From Tagaea sp. (lineage in GTDB: Bacteria > Pseudomonadota > Alphaproteobacteria > CACIAM-22H2): DNA of 64,000 nucleotides. The position numbers were made by a program, and so were the translations under genes. Below the pieces are notes generated by a model, which was given only the letters and a program-made list of their open reading frames with translations, searched no databases and was not told where the DNA came from. The stretch lies in the NCBI GenBank assembly GCA_965229215.1, contig OZ245864.1, positions 4,119,552 through 4,183,551 of the forward strand. The letters run 5' to 3'. This document shows, piece after piece, positions 1 to 9,227 of this stretch (the stretch's first letter is position 1; each line of letters opens with the position of its first letter).

Positions 1-61
1 TCTGTTCTTCCGGTTCCGGGGGAGGGGGAGGGCGAAGCATGCCAAGAAACGCCGCCGCTTC

Positions 62-901
62 CTAGCGCGGCAGGAAGGCTTCGGCGAAGGCCGCGATCGC
101 CTCGGCGAGATCGTCGGCCGTGCGGTCGCGCCGCTGGGGCGTGCGGAAATCGCTGCCGAACTCGATCTGGATCGCGTCGACCTCGCCGCCGCCCGCACTG
201 CCGTAGCTCGACGTGATGAAACCGCCGCCGTAGAACCTGTCCTCGCGCGCGCTGCTGCCGATCGGCGGATTGACCGGATAGCCGCGCGCGGCAAGCCCGC
301 CGAACACGCTCGCCGTGCCGTCGAGGGCCACGCGGCCGGAACGCTTCAGCAGCGCGTTGACCGAGCGTTCGAAGCTGGTGCCGCGGAAGACCGTGCCCTT
401 CTCGGTCGCCTGCCCGTGGATGTCGAGCACGATGCCGCGGCCGAAGCGGCGGATCACGTCCTGGCGCATCGCGGCGAGCGCCTTGTGATAGGCGTCGTGG
501 ATCTCCCTGGGACCGCCATCGCCCGGCAGGTCGTAGGCAAGCTCGGCCGGCCGGTTGGCGTCGACATAGCGGCGCTGCGCGCGGTTGACGACGAGATAGG
601 GCGACTTCCCGAAACGCGCCTTCAGCCGTGCGGCGGTGCGCTCGGCGATCTCGAGCGTGCCGGTATCGCCGGCACCGCCCACGAACCCGCCCCACGCGGC
701 GAATTTCTTCGCCTGGTCGGGCGCGGGCGGCGTGCGGTCGGCAAGACCCGGCAATCGGTCGCGCCCGCCATGCGGCGCGGAAAGGATGATCGGCAGGTCG
801 CCCTGGATTGTCGCGACGAAGCGCTGGGCGAAGTCCTGCGCACGCGCGGAACCCTGCCCGAGGGCGAGCAGGGCGCAGAAGGCGAATGCGAGCCGGGTCA
901 T
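62..901 (-). CDS. N-formylglutamate amidohydrolase-like Zn hydrolase with N-terminal signal peptide
   Basis: Motifs SAPHGG, VDANR, YHKAL, LDIHGQ and AIQIEF typical of the FGase/M14-like fold; hydrophobic N-terminus ending in ARA-Q. Confidence 0.7.
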   Translation of the reverse strand: MTRLAFAFCALLALGQGSARAQDFAQRFVATIQGDLPIILSAPHGGRDRLPGLADRTPPAPDQAKKFAAWGGFVGGAGDTGTLEIAERTAARLKARFGKSPYLVVNRAQRRYVDANRPAELAYDLPGDGGPREIHDAYHKALAAMRQDVIRRFGRGIVLDIHGQATEKGTVFRGTSFERSVNALLKRSGRVALDGTASVFGGLAARGYPVNPPIGSSAREDRFYGGGFITSSYGSAGGGEVDAIQIEFGSDFRTPQRRDRTADDLAEAIAAFAEAFLPR

Positions 902-942
902 GGGCGCTCCCTTTCGGTTGCCCCGAGCCTAGCAGGCAATCG

Positions 943-980
943 CAAAAGAAAAGGGCCGAAGCGCCAGAGGCGTCGGCCCT
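943..980 (-). terminator. Rho-independent terminator downstream of the TetR gene
   Basis: Inverted repeat AGGGCCGA (952-959) / TCGGCCCT (973-980) followed by a U-tract on the minus strand. Confidence 0.8.
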
Positions 981-1030
981 AAGTTGGGGAGAAACCTGCC
1001 CACCGGGGCGAAAACGCCCTGCGCGACATG
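943..1030 (-). ncRNA. SuhB/alpha-r8 (MmgR-like) small RNA candidate ending in an intrinsic terminator
   Basis: Minus strand reads GGGCAGGTTTCTCCCCAACTT, then an AGGGCCGA...TCGGCCCT hairpin and TTTTCTTTT. This resembles the anti-SD TTTC(C)TCCC loop plus terminator of alphaproteobacterial SuhB RNAs. 5' end uncertain. Confidence 0.5.
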
Positions 1031-1038
1031 ACTTCTTA

Positions 1039-1632
1039 CTAAGCAGCTTTCGTGCCAGCCAAGGCCTTGGCTGCGCTGACGGCCGCCGCAAATCCTTCTG
1101 CGATCGCGTCGGCCGATGCGCCGGTGCGAACCAGCACGGCAAGACCGCCCGTCGTGACGCTCATGAGCGATGCCGTGCGCGAAGCCACGTCGGCCGGTAC
1201 GAAACGGCGCAGGCTTTCCGCGATCGCCTCGCGGCCGCCATTGGTAAGTTCGCCTGCAAGCGCGCGCCAGCGGGGATCGGCTTCGCTCGCCTCGCCCAGC
1301 ACGCTTGCGACAAGGCAGCCGCGCGGCGTGTCCTCGCCGCCGACATTCTGCCGTACGGCTGCGAAATAGCCCTCGATCAGGCTGTCGATGTCCGGTGCGG
1401 CGCTGAGCACCTCGCCGATCGCCGCCCAGTTGGTCGTCTGGTAGCGGCGCACGGCCTTCTCGAACAGGTCGGCCTTGTCGCCGAACGCGGCATAGAGGCT
1501 CGGCCGGTTGATGCCCATGGCCTTCGTCAGGGCTTCGAGCGACGCCCCATCGTAGCCGTGCTTCCAGAATGTGCAGATGGCGGCATCGAGGGCCTTTTCA
1601 GGGTCGAAACCGCGGGGGCGGCCGGCAGGCAT
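1039..1632 (-). CDS. TetR/AcrR family transcriptional regulator
   Basis: GRPRGFD...FWKHGYDGASLEALTKAMGINRPSLYAAFGDK helix-turn-helix; C-terminal GCL motif. Confidence 0.92.
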   Translation of the reverse strand: MPAGRPRGFDPEKALDAAICTFWKHGYDGASLEALTKAMGINRPSLYAAFGDKADLFEKAVRRYQTTNWAAIGEVLSAAPDIDSLIEGYFAAVRQNVGGEDTPRGCLVASVLGEASEADPRWRALAGELTNGGREAIAESLRRFVPADVASRTASLMSVTTGGLAVLVRTGASADAIAEGFAAAVSAAKALAGTKAA

Positions 1633-1639
1633 CTTATTT

Positions 1640-1705
1640 TGTACCTTTCGGTAAGAAATTCCTTGACCACGCCAGAACGAGGGCATATCTATACCGAACG
1701 ATACA
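1640..1705. promoter_or_regulatory. Divergent promoter with two putative TetR operators
   Basis: Imperfect palindromes TACCTTTCGGTA (1642-1653) and TACCGAACGATA (1692-1703) flank a -35-like TTGACC (1663-1668). Confidence 0.6.
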
Positions 1706-1737
1706 TAATTCACTTCCCCCGTTCAAGGAGAAACCAC

Positions 1738-2487
1738 GTGAAACGCCTCGAAGGACTTTCCGCTCTCGTCACCGGCGGCACCACCGGCATCGGTCTCGAA
1801 ACCGCCCGCCAGTTCCTGGCGCAGGGCGCGCGCGTGGCGATCACCGGCCTCAACCCCGAGCGGCTCGAAGCTGCGCGCAAGACGCTGGGCACGGGCGTCG
1901 TCGCGATCCGCGCCAACGCCGCCGAACCCGCCGTACAGAAGGCGCTCGTGGCCGAGATCGCCGCGAAGTTCGGCAAGCTCGACATCCTGTTCGCCAACGC
2001 TGGCATCGCCGAGTTCGCGCCGCTCGAAGCGGTGGACGAGGCGAATTTCGACCGCCAGTTCGACACGAACGTGAAAGGCCCGCTGTTCCTTATCCAGGCG
2101 CTGCTGCCGCATTTCGCGCCCGAAGCCTCGATCATCCTGAATGCCTCGGTCGTCGCGCATCGCGGAATGCCGAACACGGCCGTCTATTCGGCGACGAAGT
2201 CGGCGGTGCTCGGCCTCGCGCGTGCGCTGTCGGCGGAACTCGCCCCGCGCGGCATCCGCATCAACACGATCAGCCCCGGCCCGATCGACACACCCATCTA
2301 CGGCAAGCTCGGTCTGACGCCCGAGGAAGCGGCCGGCATGGCCGAGCAGATCCGCGTGACGGTGCCGATGAAGCGCTTCGGCACGACCGGCGAGATCGCG
2401 GACGCGGCGGTGTTCCTCGCCTCGAAGGAGTCGCGCTACATGCTGGGCGGCGAACTCGTCGTCGGCGGCGGCATGGCGACGCTCTGA
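1738..2487 (+). CDS. Short-chain dehydrogenase/reductase
   Basis: TGGTTGIG, ANAG, YSATK and ISPGPIDT motifs; GTG start after AAGGAG RBS. Confidence 0.93.
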   Translation: MKRLEGLSALVTGGTTGIGLETARQFLAQGARVAITGLNPERLEAARKTLGTGVVAIRANAAEPAVQKALVAEIAAKFGKLDILFANAGIAEFAPLEAVDEANFDRQFDTNVKGPLFLIQALLPHFAPEASIILNASVVAHRGMPNTAVYSATKSAVLGLARALSAELAPRGIRINTISPGPIDTPIYGKLGLTPEEAAGMAEQIRVTVPMKRFGTTGEIADAAVFLASKESRYMLGGELVVGGGMATL

Positions 2488-2491
2488 AGGA

Positions 2492-4570
2492 TCAGGCTGG
2501 CTTCACCCAGACGGCGGTGTCGTGGAAAACGGCGCCGCCGGCCGGGAAGCCGGGATCGTCGGACGTCAGCACGTTGACGCCGATGCCTTCCTCGAACGCG
2601 TCGTTGGGCCAGATACTTTCGATGATGACGGTTCCGCGCAGCACGCCGTCGAACGCCTTGGCCGGAACCACCAGCGAACCGCGCTCGTTGCCCAGCCGCA
2701 CGCGCGCGCCGTCGGCCGCACCCATCGCCGCGAGATCCTCGGGATGGATCATCGCGGCCGGCCGGCCTTCGCGCGCCTGCGAACCCGGCGTCTCGGTAAA
2801 GGTCGAATTGAGGTAGCTGCGCGCGGGTGCGGCGACGAGGCGGAAGGGCTTGTCCTTCGTCGCGGCGTCGTAGGCCGTCATCTGGTCGGGAAGGGCGGGC
2901 ATGCCCTTCCACGCCGCGCCGATCTTTTCCCACTCGGCCTTGAAGTGCCAGCGCCTGTCGGCATGCGCGAAGCCATCGAGGAAATTGTCCGTCTCGAAAC
3001 CGGCGGACTTGTCGTACCAGCGCCCGGCATGGACCTCGTCGGCCGACGGATAGCCCGACGCCTTCAGCGTCCAGTCGATCAGCTCCCACTCGCTCATGTC
3101 GAAGCCGGGATGCGAAGCGCCCAGGCGCCTGGCAAGCTCGCGGTGGACCCAGTGGTTCGACCGGCACTCGGCATGGGGCTCGACGACCTTCCTGGTCACC
3201 TGCAGGTAGGTGCTGCCGCTCGCATAGTACATGTCCTCGTGTTCGAGGAACGTCGTGGCGGGCAGCACGATGTCGGCCATGCGCGCGGTGTCGGTCAGGA
3301 ACTGCTCGTGCACGCAGGTGAACAGGTCGTCGCGCGCGAAGCCCTCGCGCACCTTGGAAAGGTTCGGCGCCACGTTCATCGGGTTCGTGTTCTGGATGAA
3401 CAGCGCCGTCACCGGCGGGCCATCGCCCAGATCACGCCTGTCGCCGGTCAGGATCGCGCCGATGCGGCTCTGGTCGAGCCGGCGCAGCTTCGCATCCACC
3501 CGGTCGAGCCCTTCGATCATCGTCTTGTCGAGTTTGTAGATCGCCGACTGGCCATAGAGCGCGCCGCCGCCCTTGTGCCGCCACGCGCCCGTGACCGCGG
3601 CGAGCGAGGCGGCCGCGTGCATCGAGGAAGCGCCGTTGCGGTGACGCGAGAAACCATAGCCCAGACGCACGAAGCTGCGTCTGGTCGAACCGAACATCCG
3701 CGCGAATTCGCGGATCTGCCCGGCCGGCACGCCGCAGATCGCCTCGGCCCATTCGGGCGTGCGGCTCGCGACATGCGCTTCGAGTTCGGCCGAGCCCTTG
3801 GTGTACTGCGCCATGTAATCGCGGTCGGCGAAGCCTTCGGCGAACAGCACATGCATGACCGCGACGGCCAGCGCCGCATCCGTGCCGGGGCGCACCATCA
3901 GGTGCATGTCGGCCTGCTCGGCCGTCGGCGTGCGGTAGGGATCGACGACGACGAACTTGGCGCCGCGGTTCTTCCGTGCGCGCGCGACATGCGTCATCAC
4001 GTTGACCTGCGTGGAGACGGGATTGCCGCCCCACACGACGACGAGATCGGAATCGGCGATCGTGCGCGCGTCGGCGCCGCGCTTGGCGCCGGCGCCGACG
4101 TTCCAGCCCGCGTCGGCGAGCGTCACGCAGAAGGTCGAGAACTGGCGCGAATAGCCCATCGTGTTGCGCAGGCGCTCGATGCCGTCGCGCTGAACGAGAC
4201 CCATCGTGCCGGCGTAGAAATAGGGCCACACCGTCTCGGCGCCGTAGCGCGCCGCCGCTTCCTTCAACCGGTGGGCGGTCTCGTCGAGCGCCTCGTCCCA
4301 CGAGATCGGGGCGAAACCGTCGCGCCCGCTCCCCTTGGGGCCGACGCGGCGCAGCGGCTGCGACAGGCGCGCGGGATGGTGCTGGCGTTCGGCATAGCGG
4401 GCGACCTTCGCGCAGATGACGCCGGCCGTGTAGTCGTTGTCGCGGGCACCGCGCACCTTGCCGATACGATGGGAATCGAGGCGCTCGACTTCCAGCGAAC
4501 AGGTCGACGGACAGTCGTGCGGGCAGGCGGAAGCATGCCAATCGGGCAAAACGGAGCTTGAATCGGGCAT
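2492..4570 (-). CDS. Molybdopterin oxidoreductase family protein (DMSO reductase superfamily, cytoplasmic)
   Basis: N-terminal CPHDCPSTC...C Fe-S motif, ISWDEALD, ADIVLPATT, C-terminal molybdopterin dinucleotide domain; no Tat signal. Confidence 0.9.
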   Translation of the reverse strand: MPDSSSVLPDWHASACPHDCPSTCSLEVERLDSHRIGKVRGARDNDYTAGVICAKVARYAERQHHPARLSQPLRRVGPKGSGRDGFAPISWDEALDETAHRLKEAAARYGAETVWPYFYAGTMGLVQRDGIERLRNTMGYSRQFSTFCVTLADAGWNVGAGAKRGADARTIADSDLVVVWGGNPVSTQVNVMTHVARARKNRGAKFVVVDPYRTPTAEQADMHLMVRPGTDAALAVAVMHVLFAEGFADRDYMAQYTKGSAELEAHVASRTPEWAEAICGVPAGQIREFARMFGSTRRSFVRLGYGFSRHRNGASSMHAAASLAAVTGAWRHKGGGALYGQSAIYKLDKTMIEGLDRVDAKLRRLDQSRIGAILTGDRRDLGDGPPVTALFIQNTNPMNVAPNLSKVREGFARDDLFTCVHEQFLTDTARMADIVLPATTFLEHEDMYYASGSTYLQVTRKVVEPHAECRSNHWVHRELARRLGASHPGFDMSEWELIDWTLKASGYPSADEVHAGRWYDKSAGFETDNFLDGFAHADRRWHFKAEWEKIGAAWKGMPALPDQMTAYDAATKDKPFRLVAAPARSYLNSTFTETPGSQAREGRPAAMIHPEDLAAMGAADGARVRLGNERGSLVVPAKAFDGVLRGTVIIESIWPNDAFEEGIGVNVLTSDDPGFPAGGAVFHDTAVWVKPA

Positions 4571-4660
4571 GGCCGGACGGTACGGGAACGTGTCGGGGGC
4601 GGCAAGTCCCCGCCTGAGTCGCCCGTTCCTGCATATCCCTGAACCCGAGGTCCGCCGCCA

Positions 4661-6094
4661 ATGTCCGATTCCTGGATCGTCCGCCTGTCTGCCCGCGAGA
4701 TCGCCGCACGCGTGAAGTCCCGCGACCTGACCGCCGTGCAGGTGCTCGATGCGCATCTGGCGCGCATCGCGTCCGAGAATCCGGCCGTCAACGCGATCTG
4801 CACGTTGGCCGAGGACAAGGCGCGCGGCTGGGCCGCCGACGTGGACGCGAGGGTCGCCGCCGGCGCCGATCCGGGCCTGCTCGCGGGCGTGCCGGTCGGC
4901 ATCAAGGACGTGCACGCGACGGCGGGCATCCTCACCACCTACGGCTCGACGACGATGACCGAGAACGTGCCGACCGAGGATGCCGCCGTCGTCGCGCGCA
5001 TCAAGGCGGCCGGCGGCGTGATCGTCGGCAAGACCAACACGCCGGAATTCGCGGCCGGCGCCAACACATACAACGAGGTGTTCGGCCCGACGCGCAATCC
5101 GTGGGATCTGCGCATGTCGGCTTCGGGTTCGACCGGCGGCGGTGCGGCAGCACTCGCTTCGCGCATGGTGGGGCTGGCCGACGGCTCGGATCTCGGCGGC
5201 AGCCTGCGCACGCCGGCAGCCTTCTGCGGCGTGGTGGGCCTGCGCCCGACGCCCGGCCTCGTGCCCATCCATTCGCCCAACAAGCCGTTCGACGCGCTCG
5301 CGGTCGCGGGGCCCATGGCGCGCGACGTCGAGGATTGCGCGCTGTTCCTGTCGGCCATCGCGGGGCCGAGCGCACGCGATCCGCGCGGCTTTTCCATCGT
5401 CGGGCGCGATTTCGTCGCGGCGGCGAATGCACCGGTCACGGGGCTGCGCGTGGCCTATGTCTCCGACATCGCGCGCATCGGCATCGACCGCGAGATCGAC
5501 ACGATCAGCCGCCAGGCGACCTACCAGCTCGGCACGTCGGGCGTGACGGTCGAGGAGATCGATCTCGATCTTTCCTTCGCGCGCGAGGCGTTCCTGCAGC
5601 TGCGCGGCCAGTGGATGGTGCAGTCGCATCTCGAGCGGCTGCATCTGGTCGACCGCTTCAACCCCAATCTCTCGGGCAATATCCGCAAGGGTCTTGCACA
5701 GGGCCCCATCGACATCGCCAAGGGCGAGATCGCGCGCGCGGCCCTCGTGCAGCGCTGGACCGACATCTTCGAGAAGTACGATGCGGTGTGCTGCGCGTGC
5801 GCGCCGGTCTCGCCGTTCCCGGTCGAGCAGAACTATCCCGACACGATCGACGGCAAGAAGATGTCGAGCTACATCGACTGGGTGGCGCCGACGTTCCTCG
5901 TCACGATGGCGGGGCTGCCCGCGATCTCGGTGCCGTGCGGCCTGACGGAAGCGAAGCTGCCCGTGGGCCTGCAGATCGTGGCGCCGCGCCATCGCGAAGA
6001 GACGACGCTGGCGCTCGCGCGCGGTGTCGAGCGCATGCGCCCGATCGGCATCGCGCCGTCACACGGGCCCCACTCAAACGGAGCTGCGGCCTAG
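4661..6094 (+). CDS. Amidase signature family protein
   Basis: GVPVGIKD, GKTNTPEF, SGSTGG and GSDLGGSLRTPA (Ser-cisSer-Lys triad). Confidence 0.92.
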   Translation: MSDSWIVRLSAREIAARVKSRDLTAVQVLDAHLARIASENPAVNAICTLAEDKARGWAADVDARVAAGADPGLLAGVPVGIKDVHATAGILTTYGSTTMTENVPTEDAAVVARIKAAGGVIVGKTNTPEFAAGANTYNEVFGPTRNPWDLRMSASGSTGGGAAALASRMVGLADGSDLGGSLRTPAAFCGVVGLRPTPGLVPIHSPNKPFDALAVAGPMARDVEDCALFLSAIAGPSARDPRGFSIVGRDFVAAANAPVTGLRVAYVSDIARIGIDREIDTISRQATYQLGTSGVTVEEIDLDLSFAREAFLQLRGQWMVQSHLERLHLVDRFNPNLSGNIRKGLAQGPIDIAKGEIARAALVQRWTDIFEKYDAVCCACAPVSPFPVEQNYPDTIDGKKMSSYIDWVAPTFLVTMAGLPAISVPCGLTEAKLPVGLQIVAPRHREETTLALARGVERMRPIGIAPSHGPHSNGAAA

Positions 6095-7069
6095 CACCCA
6101 GCGCGCATAGAGGACCTGCACGGCGAACGGCACGAGGATCGCGAAGGCGGCGCTCTGGTCGAGCCACAGCGCCGTGCTGCCCTGGATCGCCGCCATCGCC
6201 GCGAGGAACGCCGCGACCTTGCCGTGCGAGAAGCCGGCCTGGTTGAGCCGCTGGTAGAGATGCGTGCGGTGGGCGGCGAACACGTTCTCGCCGGCCATGA
6301 GCCGCCGCACGGCGGTGAACAGCGTGTCGAACAGGAAATGCATCAGCACGATGGGCACGAGCCAGACGAGCTTGCCGTCGGCCGTCGCACCCGCCGCGAA
6401 CACGCCGAGGCCCGCGAACGCGAAGCCGAGGAACTGCGAGCCCACGTCGCCCATGAAGATGCGCGCGGGCGGCAGGTTGAGTGCAAGGAAACCCGCGCAC
6501 GCCGCCGCCAGCACGAAGGCAAGCGCTGCAAGCTGGTCGGCGCCCGCGAGCATCAAGGCGAGCCCTGCGAAGATCGCGGCGACCGTGCCGGTGGCGCCGG
6601 CAAGCGCGTCGAGCCCGTCCATGAAGTTGTAGGCGTTGGTGAGGCCGACGAACCACAGGAACGTGACCGCCGGGCCGAACGCGCCGAGTTCGACCGGCAC
6701 GTAGCCCGGAATGTAGAGCCGCTCGATGATCGCCCCGCCGCCGATGGCGAGGAAGGCGGCGAGGAACTGCGCGCCGAACTTGATCGCGGCACTCTGCGGG
6801 CGCGCGTCGTCGGCAAGGCCGGCCAGCGCGGCGATGGTCGCACCCGCCGCGACCGGGGCTGCGACCGGCATGCCGGAAGCGACCAGCCAGCCGCCGATCA
6901 GCGTGCCGAGGACGAGCCCGACGCCGCCGCCGCGCGGCGTGGGCAGCATGTGCGACGAGCGCGCGTTCGGCAAGTCGACGAGGATTCGCGTACGGGCCAT
7001 CGCCAGCGCGCCGCCGAATCCGGACAGCACGGCAAGCAGCAGGGCCGGCAGGAGCGGGAGGGAAGCCAT
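6074..7069 (-). CDS. MraY/WecA-family polyprenyl-phosphate sugar-1-phosphate transferase
   Basis: RSSH..PTPRGGG, GLADD, NAYNFMDGLD, IFMGDVGS and HRTHLYQRL motifs; many TM helices. Confidence 0.9.
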   Translation of the reverse strand: MASLPLLPALLLAVLSGFGGALAMARTRILVDLPNARSSHMLPTPRGGGVGLVLGTLIGGWLVASGMPVAAPVAAGATIAALAGLADDARPQSAAIKFGAQFLAAFLAIGGGAIIERLYIPGYVPVELGAFGPAVTFLWFVGLTNAYNFMDGLDALAGATGTVAAIFAGLALMLAGADQLAALAFVLAAACAGFLALNLPPARIFMGDVGSQFLGFAFAGLGVFAAGATADGKLVWLVPIVLMHFLFDTLFTAVRRLMAGENVFAAHRTHLYQRLNQAGFSHGKVAAFLAAMAAIQGSTALWLDQSAAFAILVPFAVQVLYARWVLGRSSV

Positions 7070-7258
7070 GACCCTTGCTAGCCCGGCGGCCCGGTTCTTA
7101 TCAACGGGCACGCCTGCGGCCCTTGCGTAGCCGCGCGGCGAATGCCTAATCTTTGGGCGACACGGCCGTAAACGGCCGGAACGTCAATGATTTAGGCACG
7201 CGATCGGGCTGGAATGGGCGTTGCATCGTCGATTCCAGGCTTCCAAGGCGAGAGAGCG

Positions 7259-8029
7259 ATGAACAAGGACCACATGATCGTCTACGTCACCCCGGTCGCG
7301 ACCGTGGTGGGTCTGTTCCTGCTCTGGGAGATGGCCTGCGCCGCCTTCAACATCCCGGTCTTCATCCTGCCGCGCCCGAGCGTGATCTTCGACACGATGG
7401 TCCTGCGCTGGGGCCCGATCTGGAGCAACGCGCGCTTCACGCTGCTGACGACGCTGGCCGGGTTCGGCCTCGCGGTCGTCGTCGGGATGGCCACCGGCCT
7501 TGCCATCGGCGCCTCGCGCGTCGTCTATGCGGGCGTCTATCCGGTGCTGATCGGCTTCAACTCGATCCCGAAGGTCGCGGTCGTCCCGGTCCTCGTGATC
7601 TGGTTCGGAATCGGCGCCGTCCCCGCCGTGCTCACCGCGTTCATGATCGCCTTCCTGCCCATCGCGGTGAACGTCGCGACCGGCCTCGCGACGATCGAAC
7701 CGGAGATGCGCGACGTGCTGCGCTCGCTGGGCGCGCGCAAGCTGCAGATCCTCTGGAAGGTCGGCATCCCGCGCTCGCTGCCCTATTTCTTCGCCTCGCT
7801 GAAGGTGGCGATCACGCTCGCCTTCGTCGGCTCGGTCGTGGCCGAGACGGTCGCGTCGAACGAGGGCATCGGCTACCTGATGATCGCGGCTTCCTCGCGC
7901 TTCGACGTGCCGCTGGTGTTCGCGGGCCTCCTCGTCATCGCGGTGATGGGCGTGGTCATGTACGCGATCACCGTCATCATGGAACAGCACTTCACGGGCT
8001 GGGCGACGCGGGGGCAGGACGGCATCTGA
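7259..8029 (+). CDS. ABC transporter permease, NitT/TauT family
   Basis: ILPRPS, SIPKVA, EAA-like RSLGA loop, AETV...GIGYL. Confidence 0.9.
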   Translation: MNKDHMIVYVTPVATVVGLFLLWEMACAAFNIPVFILPRPSVIFDTMVLRWGPIWSNARFTLLTTLAGFGLAVVVGMATGLAIGASRVVYAGVYPVLIGFNSIPKVAVVPVLVIWFGIGAVPAVLTAFMIAFLPIAVNVATGLATIEPEMRDVLRSLGARKLQILWKVGIPRSLPYFFASLKVAITLAFVGSVVAETVASNEGIGYLMIAASSRFDVPLVFAGLLVIAVMGVVMYAITVIMEQHFTGWATRGQDGI

Positions 8030-8106
8030 AGCGCATGGGGCTTGCGCAGGGGGCGGGATTCGTCGTAACGCCGGGCGTTCCGTTTCCCACGAGAGGTCCG
8101 TCCGCC

Positions 8107-8454
8107 ATGTCGATCAAGTACATCAATCCCGGCCCGCGCATGAGCGCCGGCACCGTCCACGGCTCCACCGTCTATCTCGCCGGCCAGGTCGCCGACGATC
8201 CGGTGCCGGACGCCAAGAAGCAGACCGCGCAGATCCTCGCGAAGATCGACGAGTTGCTGAAGCAGGCGGGCACGGACAAGACGAAGATCCTGTCGGCCAA
8301 CATCTGGCTGTCGGACATCCGCTACTTCCCCGACATGAACTCGGTTTGGGACGGCTGGGTCGCCAAGGGTCACACGCCCGCGCGCGCCACCGTCGAAGCC
8401 AAGCTCGCCGGCCCGCAATACTGGGTCGAGATCATGGTCGTCGCCGCGATCTGA
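8107..8454 (+). CDS. RidA/YjgF family protein (YoaB-like)
   Basis: VYLAGQV, MNSVWDGW, PARATVEAKL and VEIMVVA motifs. Confidence 0.92.
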   Translation: MSIKYINPGPRMSAGTVHGSTVYLAGQVADDPVPDAKKQTAQILAKIDELLKQAGTDKTKILSANIWLSDIRYFPDMNSVWDGWVAKGHTPARATVEAKLAGPQYWVEIMVVAAI

Positions 8455-9227
8455 GACCGCCGCTCGAGCAGCTGCGCTGCAATCGCGATGGCGATCGCGT
8501 GCGGGTGCTTGTCGCGGAAATTGCCGATGCCGACCGGGCAGACCAGCGCCCCGGTCGGCACGTTCTTCGCCGCAAGGCGCGCTTCGAACCGCGCGCGCTT
8601 GCTGGCCGATCCGATCAGTCCGACATAGGCGAGATCGCCCCGCCGCAGCAGCCGCTCGACCAGCACGAGGTCGAGATCGTGGCTGTGCGTCATCACCAGC
8701 GCCATCGCCCCCGGCGGCACGTCCTTGATCGCGTCCTCGGGGAAGGGCTCGACGATCTTCGCCGCGTTGGCGGGAAGGGCGGCCGGGAACTCGGCCGCGC
8801 GCGCATCGACGAGATTCACTTTCGCAGGCAGCCCAGCCAGATGATGGACGAGGGCGCGGCCCACATGGCCCGCCCCGAAGATCCACACGTTCCATGCCAC
8901 GGCCGCGAACGGCTCGATCAGCAGCGAGACGGCCCCGCCGCAGCACTGGCCGAGCGCCGGGCCCAGCGCGAAGCGCTCGAGCTTCGGCGCGGTCTCGCCT
9001 GCGACGAGCATCGCGCGCGCGATCTCGATGGCTTTGAGCTCCAGATGCCCGCCGCCGACGGAGCCGGTCTGGCCGCGCGCCGCGACGACCATCTTGGTGC
9101 CGCCTTCGCGCGGTACCGAACCTTCGGCCGCGATGATGGTGACGAGCGCGCAGGGCTCGCCCGCATCGCGGTGACGCTGGAGGGCGGCCAGCCAGTCGTC
9201 CGAAGGCACGGGCAGAAGCTCGGTCAT
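8370..9227 (-). CDS. xdhC: Xanthine dehydrogenase accessory protein
   Basis: GSVPRE, GSVGGGHLE, LGQCCGG, FGAGHVG, MTHSHDLD and GLIGSASK motifs; directly downstream of xdhB. Confidence 0.9.
   Translation of the reverse strand: MTELLPVPSDDWLAALQRHRDAGEPCALVTIIAAEGSVPREGGTKMVVAARGQTGSVGGGHLELKAIEIARAMLVAGETAPKLERFALGPALGQCCGGAVSLLIEPFAAVAWNVWIFGAGHVGRALVHHLAGLPAKVNLVDARAAEFPAALPANAAKIVEPFPEDAIKDVPPGAMALVMTHSHDLDLVLVERLLRRGDLAYVGLIGSASKRARFEARLAAKNVPTGALVCPVGIGNFRDKHPHAIAIAIAAQLLERRSQIAATTMISTQYCGPASLASTVARAGV

Noticed and set aside
2492-5992. 1166-aa ORF suggesting a giant molybdoenzyme fusion
   Set aside because: The first ~470 codons are the antisense shadow of the amidase; the real protein starts at 4570 just before the CPHDC motif
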